From: Escherichia coli
GTDB lineage: Bacteria > Pseudomonadota > Gammaproteobacteria > Enterobacterales > Enterobacteriaceae
Reading direction: 5' to 3' (one strand)
Assembly: GCF_050920415.1 (NCBI RefSeq)
Contig: NZ_CP169309.1
DNA: 64,000 nt
Shown: one piece after another, positions 13,442 to 30,618 of the stretch
Numbering within the stretch: position 1 is the first letter of the stretch
Layout of the letters: each line of letters opens with the position of its first letter
Translations under genes and position numbers: made by a program
The notes under the pieces: generated by a model
The model's database searches: none
What the model was told of the DNA's origin: nothing
The model's input: the letters and a program-made list of their open reading frames with translations, nothing else

Positions 13442-14097
13442 ACTTAACTCCACTGTCACACTTAACTCCCTTTCCCTTATTGGAATGCAGAGAAATAATC
13501 CTCGAGAATATGATTTATCATGCATATAAAATAAGAAAAAGGAAAATGAGAAAAATTAGGAAAACATAAAGATACGGGTTCTTATAAAAACAGAACCCAT
13601 TGCCAAGTAAAGAGTCATTTACCGCAGCATAATAATCCATAATGTTTTTGTTGCGAAAACAATCTAATCATAACTACCGCGAATACTCAATCATCCACAA
13701 AATGGATTAAATGTGCTTTTTAATAATTAATTTATATGTTTAATGCATTAATTCTTAACATTAATCGAACAATAATATTCACCAAATGAATATCAAAAAA
13801 TTAGCAAAATATATAATTCAATACAAATCATCAAGATAGGTTTTGTACGCGTGCATTTTATCCCCCTTTTCCTCGTTGATTAGATGCAAAAATTTATTCT
13901 GAAATATGTCAACCGATGAAAAGCGTCGGTGGTTAAGCAGAAATTAATATCGCTTGTTTTAACCACCGCAGCACAATTAGCTAATTTGACGAATGCAGAA
14001 CTCACTCTGGCGGAATGTTTTTATTGCGTCAGGGTTGACATCCGTTTTGGTATCCAGTAACTCTAAAAGCATATCGTATTCATCTGGAGCTGATTTA

Positions 14098-14184
14098 ATG
14101 ACTCACATCGTTCGCTTTATCGGTCTACTACTACTAAACGCATCTTCTTTGCGCGGTAGACGAGTGAGCGGCATTCAGCATTAA
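14098..14184 (+). CDS. leuL: leu operon leader peptide LeuL
   Basis: 28 codons [28 protein letters not shown] with four consecutive CTA Leu codons, directly upstream of the attenuator hairpin. Confidence 0.9.
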
Positions 14185-14212
14185 GCCAGCACGCAGTCAA
14201 ACAAAAAACCCG

Positions 14213-14243
14213 CGCCATTGCGCGGGTTTTTTTATGCCCGAAG
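14213..14243 (+). terminator. leu attenuator (rho-independent terminator)
   Basis: aaaaaacccgcgccattgcgcgggttttttt: GC stem plus T-tract between leuL and leuA. Confidence 0.85.
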
Positions 14244-14276
14244 CGAGGCGCTCAAAAAGAGACAAGGACCCAAACC

Positions 14277-16939
<2,663 letters not shown>

Positions 16940-16941
16940 TC

Positions 16942-18958
<2,017 letters not shown>

Positions 18959-18990
18959 TTTGTAAACCGTCCGGCACTCAATCGCCAAAA

Positions 18991-19218
18991 AGAAAAAAGC
19001 CAGCAGATAATCACTGCTGGCGTGGCGATTAACACCAATACTCAGTCACACATGATGTCCGCAAATCAGTAGTCAGAATGACTCCCCTCCCACTGCATCA
19101 GCTCTTCAAGCATGGTTAATCGTTGTGGGACGCTTAACCAACGCAACCAGCACAACTTCGCTGTCGCGGTAAAATAGTGCTGATAAAACTGACGCATGGG
19201 GCACCTCCTTGCTTCATC
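18991..19218 (-). ncRNA. sgrS: Small RNA SgrS (glucose-phosphate stress sRNA)
   Basis: Minus strand begins GATGAAGCAAGGAGG, contains the SgrT ORF and the seed-like stretch GTGTGACTGAGTATTGGTGT, ends in hairpin ccagcagtgattatctgctgg plus U-run; ends approximate. Confidence 0.85.
19066..19197 (-). CDS. sgrT: SgrT small protein encoded within SgrS
   Basis: 43 codons MRQFYQHYFTATAKLCWLRWLSVPQRLTMLEELMQWEGSHSDY with AGGAGG SD upstream. Confidence 0.85.
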   Translation of the reverse strand: MRQFYQHYFTATAKLCWLRWLSVPQRLTMLEELMQWEGSHSDY

Positions 19219-19285
19219 GTTAGGAATTATTGACTTAATATAGGGAAAATAAAATTGCTGTCTTTTGCGCAGGAGTTCCCCTTTT

Positions 19286-20941
19286 ATGCCATCCGCTCGT
19301 CTGCAACAACAGTTCATCCGCCTGTGGCAATGCTGCGAGGGTAAATCGCAGGACACAACGCTCAACGAACTGGCAGCGTTATTGAGCTGCTCGCGTCGTC
19401 ATATGCGCACCCTGCTCAACACCATGCAGGATCGCGGCTGGCTGACGTGGGAAGCGGAAGTCGGGCGCGGTAAACGCTCGCGTCTGACATTCCTCTATAC
19501 CGGGCTGGCGCTTCAGCAACAGCGGGCGGAAGACCTGCTGGAGCAGGATCGTATCGACCAACTAGTGCAGTTGGTTGGCGACAAAGCGGCTGTGCGGCAA
19601 ATGCTGGTTTCTCATCTGGGCCGCAGCTTCCGCCAGGGGCGGCACATCCTGCGCGTGCTCTACTATCGTCCGTTGCGTAATCTGCTACCTGGCAGCGCAT
19701 TGCGCCGTTCTGAAACCCATATCGCCCGGCAAATCTTCAGTTCGCTAACGCGCATAAATGAGGAAAATGGGGAACTGGAAGCAGACATCGCCCACCACTG
19801 GCAGCAAATATCACCGCTTCACTGGCGCTTCTTTTTGCGTCCAGGAGTCCATTTTCATCATGGTCGTGAACTGGAAATGGACGATGTGATCGCCTCTTTA
19901 AAACGAATCAATACGCTGCCACTCTATTCACATATTGCTGAAATTGTGTCGCCGACACCCTGGACGTTAGATATCCATCTCACGCAACCAGACCGCTGGT
20001 TGCCGTTACTGTTGGGACAAGTTCCGGCGATGATCCTGCCACGAGAATGGGAAACCCTCAGTAACTTTGCCAGCCATCCCATCGGCACCGGTCCGTATGC
20101 GGTGATCCGCAACAGCACCAATCAACTGAAAATTCAGGCATTCGATGACTTCTTCGGTTACCGGGCATTAATCGACGAAGTTAACGTCTGGGTTCTGCCG
20201 GAAATTGCCGACGAGCCAGCCGGAGGGCTGATGCTAAAAGGTCCACAGGGCGAGGAAAAAGAGATTGAAAGTCGGCTGGAAGAAGGTTGCTACTATTTAC
20301 TGTTCGACAGCCGCACCCATCGTGGGGCGAATCAGCAAGTCAGGGACTGGGTAAGTTATGTGCTTTCTCCAACTAATCTGGTCTATTTCGCCGAGGAACA
20401 ATACCAGCAACTCTGGTTTCCAGCCTACGGGCTGTTGCCGCGCTGGCATCATGCCCACCCGGCGCAGTGCGAAAAACCTGCCGGGCTGGAAAGCCTCACC
20501 CTGACCTTTTATCAGGATCATATTGAGCATCGAGTGATTGCCGGGATCATGCAGCAGATTCTGGCAAGTTATCAGGTCACACTGAAAATCAAAGAGATCA
20601 GCTATGATCAGTGGCACGAAGGAGAGATCGAGAGCGATATCTGGCTTAACAGCGCCAACTTTACGCTGCCGCTGGATTTTTCGCTGTTCGCGCATTTGTG
20701 CGAAGTGCCGCTGCTACAACACTGTATTCCGATCGACTGGCAAGCCGACACCGCCCGCTGGCGCAATGGCGAAATGAATCTGGCGAACTGGTGCCAGCAA
20801 CTGGTCGCCAGTAAAGCAATGGTGCCACTTATCCACCACTGGCTGATCATTCAGGGGCAACGCAGTATGCGCGGTCTGCGTATGAACACCCTCGGCTGGT
20901 TCGATTTTAAATCAGCGTGGTTTGCGCCGCCGGATCCATGA
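19286..20941 (+). CDS. sgrR: Transcriptional regulator SgrR (HTH plus solute-binding-like domain)
   Basis: 551-aa protein from [19 protein letters not shown], divergent from sgrS. Confidence 0.93.
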   Translation: MPSARLQQQFIRLWQCCEGKSQDTTLNELAALLSCSRRHMRTLLNTMQDRGWLTWEAEVGRGKRSRLTFLYTGLALQQQRAEDLLEQDRIDQLVQLVGDKAAVRQMLVSHLGRSFRQGRHILRVLYYRPLRNLLPGSALRRSETHIARQIFSSLTRINEENGELEADIAHHWQQISPLHWRFFLRPGVHFHHGRELEMDDVIASLKRINTLPLYSHIAEIVSPTPWTLDIHLTQPDRWLPLLLGQVPAMILPREWETLSNFASHPIGTGPYAVIRNSTNQLKIQAFDDFFGYRALIDEVNVWVLPEIADEPAGGLMLKGPQGEEKEIESRLEEGCYYLLFDSRTHRGANQQVRDWVSYVLSPTNLVYFAEEQYQQLWFPAYGLLPRWHHAHPAQCEKPAGLESLTLTFYQDHIEHRVIAGIMQQILASYQVTLKIKEISYDQWHEGEIESDIWLNSANFTLPLDFSLFAHLCEVPLLQHCIPIDWQADTARWRNGEMNLANWCQQLVASKAMVPLIHHWLIIQGQRSMRGLRMNTLGWFDFKSAWFAPPDP

Positions 20942-20979
20942 TTGCTGGTTGATAACAAAATCACTACACTAACGCCGTT

Positions 20980-21075
20980 CTCAACGGGGTGCCACGCTGC
21001 CGCGTGCGCTGAGAAAATACCCGTCGAACCTGATCCGGATAACGCCGGCGAAGGGATTTGAGGCTCCTTCTCAAG
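20980..21075 (+). promoter_or_regulatory. TPP riboswitch (THI element) in the thiBPQ leader
   Basis: Contains ggggtgcc...ctgagaaaatacccgtcgaacctgatccggataacgccggcgaaggga, matching conserved THI-box features, directly upstream of thiB. Confidence 0.8.
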
Positions 21076-21104
21076 TCCTTTGCCACTCTTCTTTGAGGTG
21101 CAAA

Positions 21105-22088
21105 GTGTTAAAAAAATATCTTCCCCTGCTGTTGCTCTGTACAGCACCCGCTTTCGCTAAACCCGTTCTGACTGTTTATACCTACGACTCCTTCGCCGCC
21201 GACTGGGGGCCAGGTCCGGTGGTGAAAAAAGCCTTTGAAGCCGACTGTAATTGCGAACTGAAACTGGTGGCGCTGGAAGATGGCGTTTCGCTTCTCAACC
21301 GTCTGCGGATGGAAGGCAAAAACAGTAAAGCCGATGTGGTGCTGGGGCTGGATAACAATCTGTTAGATGCCGCCAGCAAAACCGGGCTGTTTGCTAAAAG
21401 CGGTGTGGCAGCGGATGCCGTTAACGTTCCCGGCGGCTGGAATAATGACACTTTCGTCCCGTTTGATTACGGCTATTTCGCCTTCGTCTATGACAAGAAC
21501 AAACTGAAAAATCCGCCGCAAAGCCTGAAAGAATTGGTTGAAAGCGATCAAAACTGGCGGGTGATTTATCAGGATCCGCGCACCAGCACGCCGGGGCTGG
21601 GTCTGCTGTTGTGGATGCAAAAAGTCTATGGCGATGACGCCCCACAAGCCTGGCAGAAACTGGCGAAGAAAACGGTCACGGTCACCAAAGGCTGGAGCGA
21701 AGCCTACGGCCTGTTTTTAAAAGGCGAAAGCGATCTGGTACTGAGTTACACCACTTCTCCGGCTTATCACATTCTCGAAGAGAAGAAAGATAACTACGCC
21801 GCCGCGAACTTCAGCGAAGGTCACTATTTGCAAGTGGAAGTCGCCGCCCGCACCGCTGCCAGTAAACAGCCGGAGCTGGCGCAAAAATTCCTCCAGTTTA
21901 TGGTTTCTCCGGCTTTTCAGAATGCGATCCCAACCGGCAACTGGATGTATCCGGTGGCAAACGTCACGCTGCCTGCCGGTTTTGAAAAATTGACCAAACC
22001 GGCAACCACGCTGGAGTTCACGCCAGCCGAGGTGGCGGCACAACGTCAGGCATGGATTAGCGAATGGCAACGCGCCGTCAGCCGTTAA
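21105..22088 (+). CDS. thiB: Thiamine ABC transporter periplasmic binding protein ThiB (TbpA)
   Basis: Track ORF begins with TTG at 21093; start placed at GTG 21105 giving (M)LKKYLPLLLLCTAPAFA signal peptide; start uncertain. Confidence 0.9.
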   Translation: MLKKYLPLLLLCTAPAFAKPVLTVYTYDSFAADWGPGPVVKKAFEADCNCELKLVALEDGVSLLNRLRMEGKNSKADVVLGLDNNLLDAASKTGLFAKSGVAADAVNVPGGWNNDTFVPFDYGYFAFVYDKNKLKNPPQSLKELVESDQNWRVIYQDPRTSTPGLGLLLWMQKVYGDDAPQAWQKLAKKTVTVTKGWSEAYGLFLKGESDLVLSYTTSPAYHILEEKKDNYAAANFSEGHYLQVEVAARTAASKQPELAQKFLQFMVSPAFQNAIPTGNWMYPVANVTLPAGFEKLTKPATTLEFTPAEVAAQRQAWISEWQRAVSR

Positions 22089-23659
22089 TTCCAGGCGTAA
22101 GCGCCGCTACGCTTGTGGTGGCGGTTGCACTGGCGGCATTTCTCGCCCTGTGGTGGAACGCGCCGCAGGGTGACTGGATGGCAATCTGGCAGGACAGCTA
22201 CCTGTGGCATGTGGTGCGCTTCTCCTTCTGGCAGGCGTTTCTCTCGGCGCTGCTCTCTGTCGTACCCGCGATATTCCTCGCCCGCGCGCTCTATCGCAGG
22301 CGCTTTCCGGGTCGGCTGGCGCTGTTGCGTCTGTGCGCAATGACCTTGATCCTCCCGGTGCTGGTTGCTGTTTTCGGCATTCTTAGCGTCTATGGTCGCC
22401 AGGGCTGGCTGGCATCACTCTGCCAATCGCTCGGTCTGGAGTGGACCTTTTCGCCCTACGGCCTGCAAGGTATTTTGCTGGCGCACGTATTTTTTAATCT
22501 GCCGATGGCGAGCCGCTTATTACTCCAGGCACTGGAAAACATTCCCGGCGAACAACGTCAGCTTGCCGCCCAGCTTGGGATGCGCGGCTGGCATTTTTTC
22601 CGCTTCGTCGAATGGCCGTGGTTACGGCGTCAAATCCCGCCGGTTGCCGCGCTTATCTTTATGCTCTGTTTCGCCAGCTTCGCCACCGTGCTATCGCTGG
22701 GCGGCGGTCCGCAGGCGACCACTATCGAGCTGGCAATCTATCAGGCGTTGAGTTACGACTACGATCCCGCCCGCGCGGCGATGCTGGCGCTGATCCAGAT
22801 GATATGTTGCCTTGGGCTGGTGCTGTTGAGTCAGCGACTAAGTAAAGCCATTGCGCCCGGCACCACGCTGCTGCAAGGCTGGCACGACCCGGACGACCGT
22901 CTGCATAGCCGCATTTGCGACACGGTGTTAATTGTGCTGGCGCTGCTGCTGTTGCTGCCACCGTTACTGGCGGTGATTGTCGATGGGGTAAATCGCCAGT
23001 TGCCAGAGGTGCTGGCACAACCGGTGCTGTGGCAGGCGCTGTGGACCTCGTTGCGTATTGCGCTGGCGGCAGGCGTATTGTGCGTGGTGCTGACCATGAT
23101 GCTGCTATGGAGCAGTCGCGAATTGCGGGCACGGCAAAAAATGCTGGCGGGCCAGGCGCTGGAGATGAGCGGAATGCTGATCCTCGCCATGCCGGGGATT
23201 GTGCTGGCAACGGGCTTCTTTTTACTGCTCAACAACACCATCGGCCTGCCACAATCTGCTGACGGCATCGTGATTTTCACCAATGCGTTAATGGCCATCC
23301 CTTATGCGCTGAAAGTGCTGGAAAACCCGATGCGCGATATCACTGCCCGCTACAGCATGCTATGTCAGTCGCTGGGCATTGAAGGCTGGTCACGCTTAAA
23401 AGTGGTGGAGCTGCGCGCCCTGAAACGTCCGCTGGCGCAGGCGCTGGCCTTTGCGTGTGTGCTGTCGATTGGTGATTTTGGCGTGGTGGCGTTGTTCGGT
23501 AACGATGATTTCCGTACCCTGCCGTTTTATCTCTACCAGCAAATTGGCTCCTATCGTAGCCAGGACGGCGCGGTGACCGCGTTAATTCTACTGCTGCTCT
23601 GTTTTCTGCTGTTTACCGTGATTGAAAAACTACCGGGGCGAAATGTTAAAACTGACTGA
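22064..23659 (+). CDS. thiP: Thiamine ABC transporter permease ThiP
   Basis: 531-aa polytopic membrane ORF with duplicated ABC permease domains; overlaps thiB end. Confidence 0.92.
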   Translation: MATRRQPLIPGVSAATLVVAVALAAFLALWWNAPQGDWMAIWQDSYLWHVVRFSFWQAFLSALLSVVPAIFLARALYRRRFPGRLALLRLCAMTLILPVLVAVFGILSVYGRQGWLASLCQSLGLEWTFSPYGLQGILLAHVFFNLPMASRLLLQALENIPGEQRQLAAQLGMRGWHFFRFVEWPWLRRQIPPVAALIFMLCFASFATVLSLGGGPQATTIELAIYQALSYDYDPARAAMLALIQMICCLGLVLLSQRLSKAIAPGTTLLQGWHDPDDRLHSRICDTVLIVLALLLLLPPLLAVIVDGVNRQLPEVLAQPVLWQALWTSLRIALAAGVLCVVLTMMLLWSSRELRARQKMLAGQALEMSGMLILAMPGIVLATGFFLLLNNTIGLPQSADGIVIFTNALMAIPYALKVLENPMRDITARYSMLCQSLGIEGWSRLKVVELRALKRPLAQALAFACVLSIGDFGVVALFGNDDFRTLPFYLYQQIGSYRSQDGAVTALILLLLCFLLFTVIEKLPGRNVKTD

Positions 23660-24341
23660 TATCACCTGGCTTTATCACCATTTGCCGATGCGTTTTAGCT
23701 TAACGGTGGAACGCGGCGAGCAGGTGGCGATCCTCGGGCCAAGCGGCGCGGGTAAAAGTACCCTGCTGAATTTGATCGCCGGTTTTCTGACGCCAGCCAG
23801 CGGTTCGCTGACTATCGAGGGTATTGATCACACCACTACGCCGCCGTCACGCCGTCCGGTATCGATGCTGTTTCAGGAGAACAACCTGTTCAGTCACCTG
23901 ACGGTCGCGCAGAACATCGGGCTGGGGCTTAATCCTGGATTGAAGCTGAACGCGGCGCAGCAGGAGAAAATGCATGCTATCGCCCGCCAGATGGGGATTG
24001 ATAATTTAATGGCGCGATTACCGGGCGAGCTTTCTGGCGGTCAGCGACAGCGCGTGGCGTTAGCGCGTTGTCTGGTGCGCGAACAGCCGATTTTATTGCT
24101 CGATGAACCGTTCTCTGCGCTCGATCCGGCGTTACGTCAGGAGATGCTGACGCTGGTGAGCACGAGCTGCCAGCAGCAAAAAATGACGCTATTGATGGTG
24201 TCGCACAGTGTGGAAGATGCGGCGCGGATCGCCACACGCTCGGTGGTGGTCACCGACGGGCGCATCGCCTGGCAGGGTAAGACTGAAGAATTGTTGAGCG
24301 GTAAGGCGAGTGCTTCGGCAATATTGGGGATTACGGGTTAG
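23643..24341 (+). CDS. thiQ: Thiamine ABC transporter ATP-binding protein ThiQ
   Basis: 232 aa from [13 protein letters not shown], Walker [10 protein letters not shown] and ABC signature LSGGQRQR. Confidence 0.94.
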   Translation: MLKLTDITWLYHHLPMRFSLTVERGEQVAILGPSGAGKSTLLNLIAGFLTPASGSLTIEGIDHTTTPPSRRPVSMLFQENNLFSHLTVAQNIGLGLNPGLKLNAAQQEKMHAIARQMGIDNLMARLPGELSGGQRQRVALARCLVREQPILLLDEPFSALDPALRQEMLTLVSTSCQQQKMTLLMVSHSVEDAARIATRSVVVTDGRIAWQGKTEELLSGKASASAILGITG

Positions 24342-24344
24342 TAT

Positions 24345-24440
<96 letters not shown>

Positions 24441-24453
24441 CACAGACTATCCC

Positions 24454-25218
24454 CTAAACCCCAACCACTTTCCGCAAAATATCGATATATACCGGCATCA
24501 ACGGGTGGCGAATTAACACCACCAGCGCCACCACGCCGATGGCAGAAATCAACGGTGTCAACCACAACAAATGACCGCGCGACAAATAATGACTTAAACG
24601 ATCAGTTACCTTGCCGCTGCGCCATAACCGCCAACACAGCCAGCCGCCAACCCACAAAAACACCGCTGTTGCCAGCAGCAACCACTTAAATTCACCGCTC
24701 TGCATCCCGGCAGGAATATCGATCGCCGCACCCGCCAGAATCCCCGGCAGGAAGTAAAACGGAGGCCATAACAGGCAGCCGATAATATTTGGCGTAATAA
24801 ATTTCGCCACCGGGAGATCCAACATTCCCGCCACCATTGGCACCAGCGGACGCGTCGGGCCGACAAAACGACCGACCAGAATGGTAAACATGCTGTGTTG
24901 ATGCAACGCATGTTCAGTTTTATCGAGTAATGCTTTGTTCTTCTTCAGAAATGACCAGCGATGCAACGGCTTTTTAAAACGCCAGCCCAGCCAGAAGGAG
25001 ATCCAGTCGCCCAGCAGGCAACCGACGATCCCTGCCAGCCAGGCGTGCCAGAAACTTAACTCGCCGCTGCCAATCAGCGCCCCCAGTCCCGCCATTAGCA
25101 CCGTACCGGGTAAAATCAAACCGACCAGCGCCAGCGACTCCAGAAAGGCCACCAACACCACCGCCATCAATGAATACACGGTGGATTGGGTAATAAAGTG
25201 TTCCAGCAATGCTTGCAT
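24454..25218 (-). CDS. yabI: DedA-family inner membrane protein YabI
   Basis: 254-aa membrane ORF in the expected position. Confidence 0.9.
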   Translation of the reverse strand: MQALLEHFITQSTVYSLMAVVLVAFLESLALVGLILPGTVLMAGLGALIGSGELSFWHAWLAGIVGCLLGDWISFWLGWRFKKPLHRWSFLKKNKALLDKTEHALHQHSMFTILVGRFVGPTRPLVPMVAGMLDLPVAKFITPNIIGCLLWPPFYFLPGILAGAAIDIPAGMQSGEFKWLLLATAVFLWVGGWLCWRLWRSGKVTDRLSHYLSRGHLLWLTPLISAIGVVALVVLIRHPLMPVYIDILRKVVGV

Positions 25219-25303
25219 AATGTGCCTGTCAAATGGACGAAGCAGGGATTCTGCAAACCCTATGCTACTCCGTCAAGCCGTCAATCATCTGATTCGTTAC
25301 CAA

Positions 25304-26182
25304 TTATGACAACTTGACGGCTACATCATTCACTTTTTCTTCACAACCGGCACGGAACTCACTTGGGCTGGCCCCGGTGCATTTTTTAAATACCCGCGAG
25401 AAATAGAGTTGATCGTCAAAACCAACATTGCGACCGACGGTAGCGATAGGCATCCGGGTGGTGCTCAAAAGCAGCTTCGCCTGACTAATGCGTTGGTCCT
25501 CGCGCCAGCTTAAGACGCTAATTCCTAACTGCTGGCGGAACAGATGCGACAGACGCGACGGCGACAGGCAAACATGCTGTGCGACGCTGGCGATATCAAA
25601 ATTGCTGTCTGCCAGGTGATCGCTGATGTACTGACAAGCCTCGCGTACCCGATTATCCATCGGTGGATGGAGCGACTCGTTAATTGCTTCCATGCGCCGA
25701 AGTAACAATTGCTCAAGCAGATTTATCGCCAGCAGCTCCGAATAGCGCCCTTCCCCTTGCCCGGCGTTAATGATTTGCCCAAACAGGTCGCTGAAATGCG
25801 GCTGGTGCGCTTCATCCGGGCGAAAGAAACCGGTATTGGCAAATATCGACGGCCAGTTAAGCCATTCATGCCAGTAGGCGCGCGGACGAAAGTAAACCCA
25901 CTGGTGATACCATTCGCGAGCCTCCGGATGACGACCGTAGTGATGAATCTCTCCTGGCGGGAACAGCAAAATATCACCAGGGCGGCAGACAAATTCTCGT
26001 CCCTGATTTTTCACCACCCCCTGGCCGCGTATGGTGAGATTGAGAATATAACCCTTCATTCCCAGTGGTCGGTCGATAAAAAAATCGAGATATCCGTTGG
26101 CCTCAATCGGCGTTAAACCCGCCACCAGATGGGCGTTAAACGAGTATCCCGGCAGCAGGGGATCATTTTGCGCTTCAGCCAT
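25304..26182 (-). CDS. araC: Arabinose operon regulator AraC
   Basis: 292 aa from [35 protein letters not shown]; ATG at 26182. Confidence 0.96.
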
Positions 26183-28221
<2,039 letters not shown>

Positions 28222-28231
28222 GGACACGACA

Positions 28232-29734
28232 ATGACGATTTTTGATAATTATGAAGTGTGGTTTGTAATTGGCAGCCAGCATCTGTATGGCCCGGAAACC
28301 CTGCGTCAGGTCACCCAACATGCCGAGCACGTCGTTAATGCGCTGAATACGGAAGCGAAACTGCCCTGCAAACTGGTGCTGAAACCGCTGGGCACCACGC
28401 CGGATGAAATCACCGCTATTTGCCGCGACGCGAATTACGACGATCGTTGTGCAGGTCTGGTGGTATGGCTGCACACCTTCTCTCCAGCCAAAATGTGGAT
28501 TAACGGCCTGACCATGCTCAACAAACCGTTGCTGCAATTCCACACCCAGTTCAACGCGGCGCTGCCGTGGGATAGCATCGATATGGACTTTATGAACCTG
28601 AACCAGACTGCACATGGCGGTCGCGAGTTCGGCTTTATTGGCGCGCGTATGCGTCAGCAACATGCTGTCGTTACCGGTCACTGGCAGGATAAACAGGCAC
28701 ATGAGCGTATCGGCTCATGGATGCGTCAGGCGGTATCTAAACAGGATACCCGTCATCTGAAAGTCTGCCGTTTTGGCGATAACATGCGTGAAGTGGCGGT
28801 CACCGATGGCGATAAAGTTGCCGCACAGATCAAGTTCGGTTTCTCCGTCAATACCTGGGCGGTTGGCGATCTGGTGCAGGTAGTGAACTCTATCAGCGAT
28901 GGCGATGTTAACGCGCTGGTCGATGAGTACGAAAGCTGCTACACCATGACGCCTGCGACACAAATCCACGGCGAAAAACGACAGAACGTGCTGGAAGCGG
29001 CGCGTATTGAGCTGGGGATGAAGCGTTTCCTGGAACAAGGTGGCTTCCATGCGTTCACCACCACCTTTGAAGATTTGCACGGTCTGAAGCAGCTTCCAGG
29101 CCTGGCCGTGCAGCGTCTGATGCAGCAGGGCTACGGCTTTGCGGGCGAAGGCGACTGGAAAACTGCCGCCCTGCTTCGCATCATGAAGGTGATGTCAACC
29201 GGTCTGCAGGGCGGCACCTCTTTTATGGAGGACTATACCTACCACTTCGAGAAAGGTAATGACCTGGTGCTCGGCTCCCACATGCTGGAAGTCTGCCCGT
29301 CGATCGCCGCAGAAGAGAAACCGATCCTCGACGTTCAGCACCTCGGTATTGGTGGTAAAGACGACCCGGCCCGCCTAATCTTCAACACCCAAACCGGTCC
29401 GGCCATTGTCGCCAGCCTGATTGATCTCGGCGATCGTTACCGTCTGCTGGTTAACTGCATCGACACGGTGAAAACGCCGCACACCCTGCCGAAACTGCCG
29501 GTGGCGAATGCGCTGTGGAAAGCGCAGCCGGATCTACCAACCGCTTCCGAAGCGTGGATCCTTGCTGGTGGCGCGCACCACACCGTCTTCAGCCATGCGT
29601 TGAACCTCAACGATATGCGCCAGTTTGCCGAGATGCACGACATTGAAATCACGGTGATTGATAACGACACCCGCCTGCCAGCGTTTAAAGACGCGCTGCG
29701 CTGGAACGAAGTGTATTACGGATTTCGTCGCTAA
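28232..29734 (+). CDS. araA: L-arabinose isomerase AraA
   Basis: 500-aa [23 protein letters not shown]... Confidence 0.96.
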   Translation: MTIFDNYEVWFVIGSQHLYGPETLRQVTQHAEHVVNALNTEAKLPCKLVLKPLGTTPDEITAICRDANYDDRCAGLVVWLHTFSPAKMWINGLTMLNKPLLQFHTQFNAALPWDSIDMDFMNLNQTAHGGREFGFIGARMRQQHAVVTGHWQDKQAHERIGSWMRQAVSKQDTRHLKVCRFGDNMREVAVTDGDKVAAQIKFGFSVNTWAVGDLVQVVNSISDGDVNALVDEYESCYTMTPATQIHGEKRQNVLEAARIELGMKRFLEQGGFHAFTTTFEDLHGLKQLPGLAVQRLMQQGYGFAGEGDWKTAALLRIMKVMSTGLQGGTSFMEDYTYHFEKGNDLVLGSHMLEVCPSIAAEEKPILDVQHLGIGGKDDPARLIFNTQTGPAIVASLIDLGDRYRLLVNCIDTVKTPHTLPKLPVANALWKAQPDLPTASEAWILAGGAHHTVFSHALNLNDMRQFAEMHDIEITVIDNDTRLPAFKDALRWNEVYYGFRR

Positions 29735-29740
29735 GTAGCT

Positions 29741-29836
29741 GCATCAGGTATGTAACGCCTGATGCGACGCTGACGCGTCTTATCAGGCCTACGCGCTGTG
29801 ATTTTGTAGGCCGGATAAGCAAAGCGCATCCGGCAC
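29741..29836. repeat. REP element cluster between araA and araD
   Basis: gcctgatgcgacgctgacgcgtcttatcaggcctacg...taggccggataagc palindromic units. Confidence 0.7.
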
Positions 29837-29848
29837 GAAGGAGTCAAC

Positions 29849-30544
29849 ATGTTAGAAGATCTCAAACGTCAGGTTTTAGAAGCCAACCTGGCGCTGCCAA
29901 AACACAACCTGGTCACGCTGACCTGGGGCAACGTCAGCGCCGTTGATCGCGAGCGCGGCGTCCTGGTGATCAAACCTTCCGGCGTCGATTACAACGTTAT
30001 GACCGCTGACGATATGGTCGTGGTCAGCATCGAAACCGGTGAAGTGGTTGAAGGTACGAAAAAGCCCTCCTCCGACACGCCAACTCACCGGCTGCTCTAT
30101 CAGGCATTCCCGTCCATTGGCGGCATTGTGCATACGCACTCCCGCCACGCCACCATCTGGGCGCAGGCGGGCCAGTCAATTCCGGCAACCGGCACCACCC
30201 ACGCCGACTATTTCTACGGCACCATTCCCTGCACCCGCAAAATGACCGACGCAGAAATCAACGGCGAATATGAGTGGGAAACCGGTAACGTCATCGTTGA
30301 AACCTTCGAAAAACAGGGGATCGACGCAGCACAAATGCCCGGCGTTCTGGTCCATTCTCACGGCCCGTTTGCATGGGGCAAAAATGCCGAAGATGCGGTG
30401 CACAACGCCATCGTACTGGAAGAAGTCGCTTATATGGGGATTTTCTGCCGCCAGCTTGCTCCGCAGTTACCGGATATGCAGCAAACATTGCTGGATAAGC
30501 ACTATCTGCGTAAACATGGTGCGAAGGCATATTACGGGCAGTGA
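29849..30544 (+). CDS. araD: L-ribulose-5-phosphate 4-epimerase AraD
   Basis: 231-aa ORF, class II aldolase-family sequence. Confidence 0.96.
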   Translation: MLEDLKRQVLEANLALPKHNLVTLTWGNVSAVDRERGVLVIKPSGVDYNVMTADDMVVVSIETGEVVEGTKKPSSDTPTHRLLYQAFPSIGGIVHTHSRHATIWAQAGQSIPATGTTHADYFYGTIPCTRKMTDAEINGEYEWETGNVIVETFEKQGIDAAQMPGVLVHSHGPFAWGKNAEDAVHNAIVLEEVAYMGIFCRQLAPQLPDMQQTLLDKHYLRKHGAKAYYGQ

Positions 30545-30547
30545 TGA

Positions 30548-30563
30548 CTGTATAAAACCACAG
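30548..30563 (+). promoter_or_regulatory. LexA (SOS) box upstream of polB
   Basis: CTGTATAAAACCACAG matches the CTGT-N8-ACAG consensus. Confidence 0.8.
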
Positions 30564-30573
30564 CCAGTCAACC

Positions 30574-30606
30574 AAAACCAGGCTATACTCAAGCCTGGTT
30601 TTTTGA
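30574..30606 (+). terminator. GC stem-loop with T-tract (likely araD terminator) 13 nt upstream of the polB start
   Basis: aaaaccaggct-atactca-agcctggtttttt. Confidence 0.6.
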
Positions 30607-30618
30607 TGGAATTTCAGC

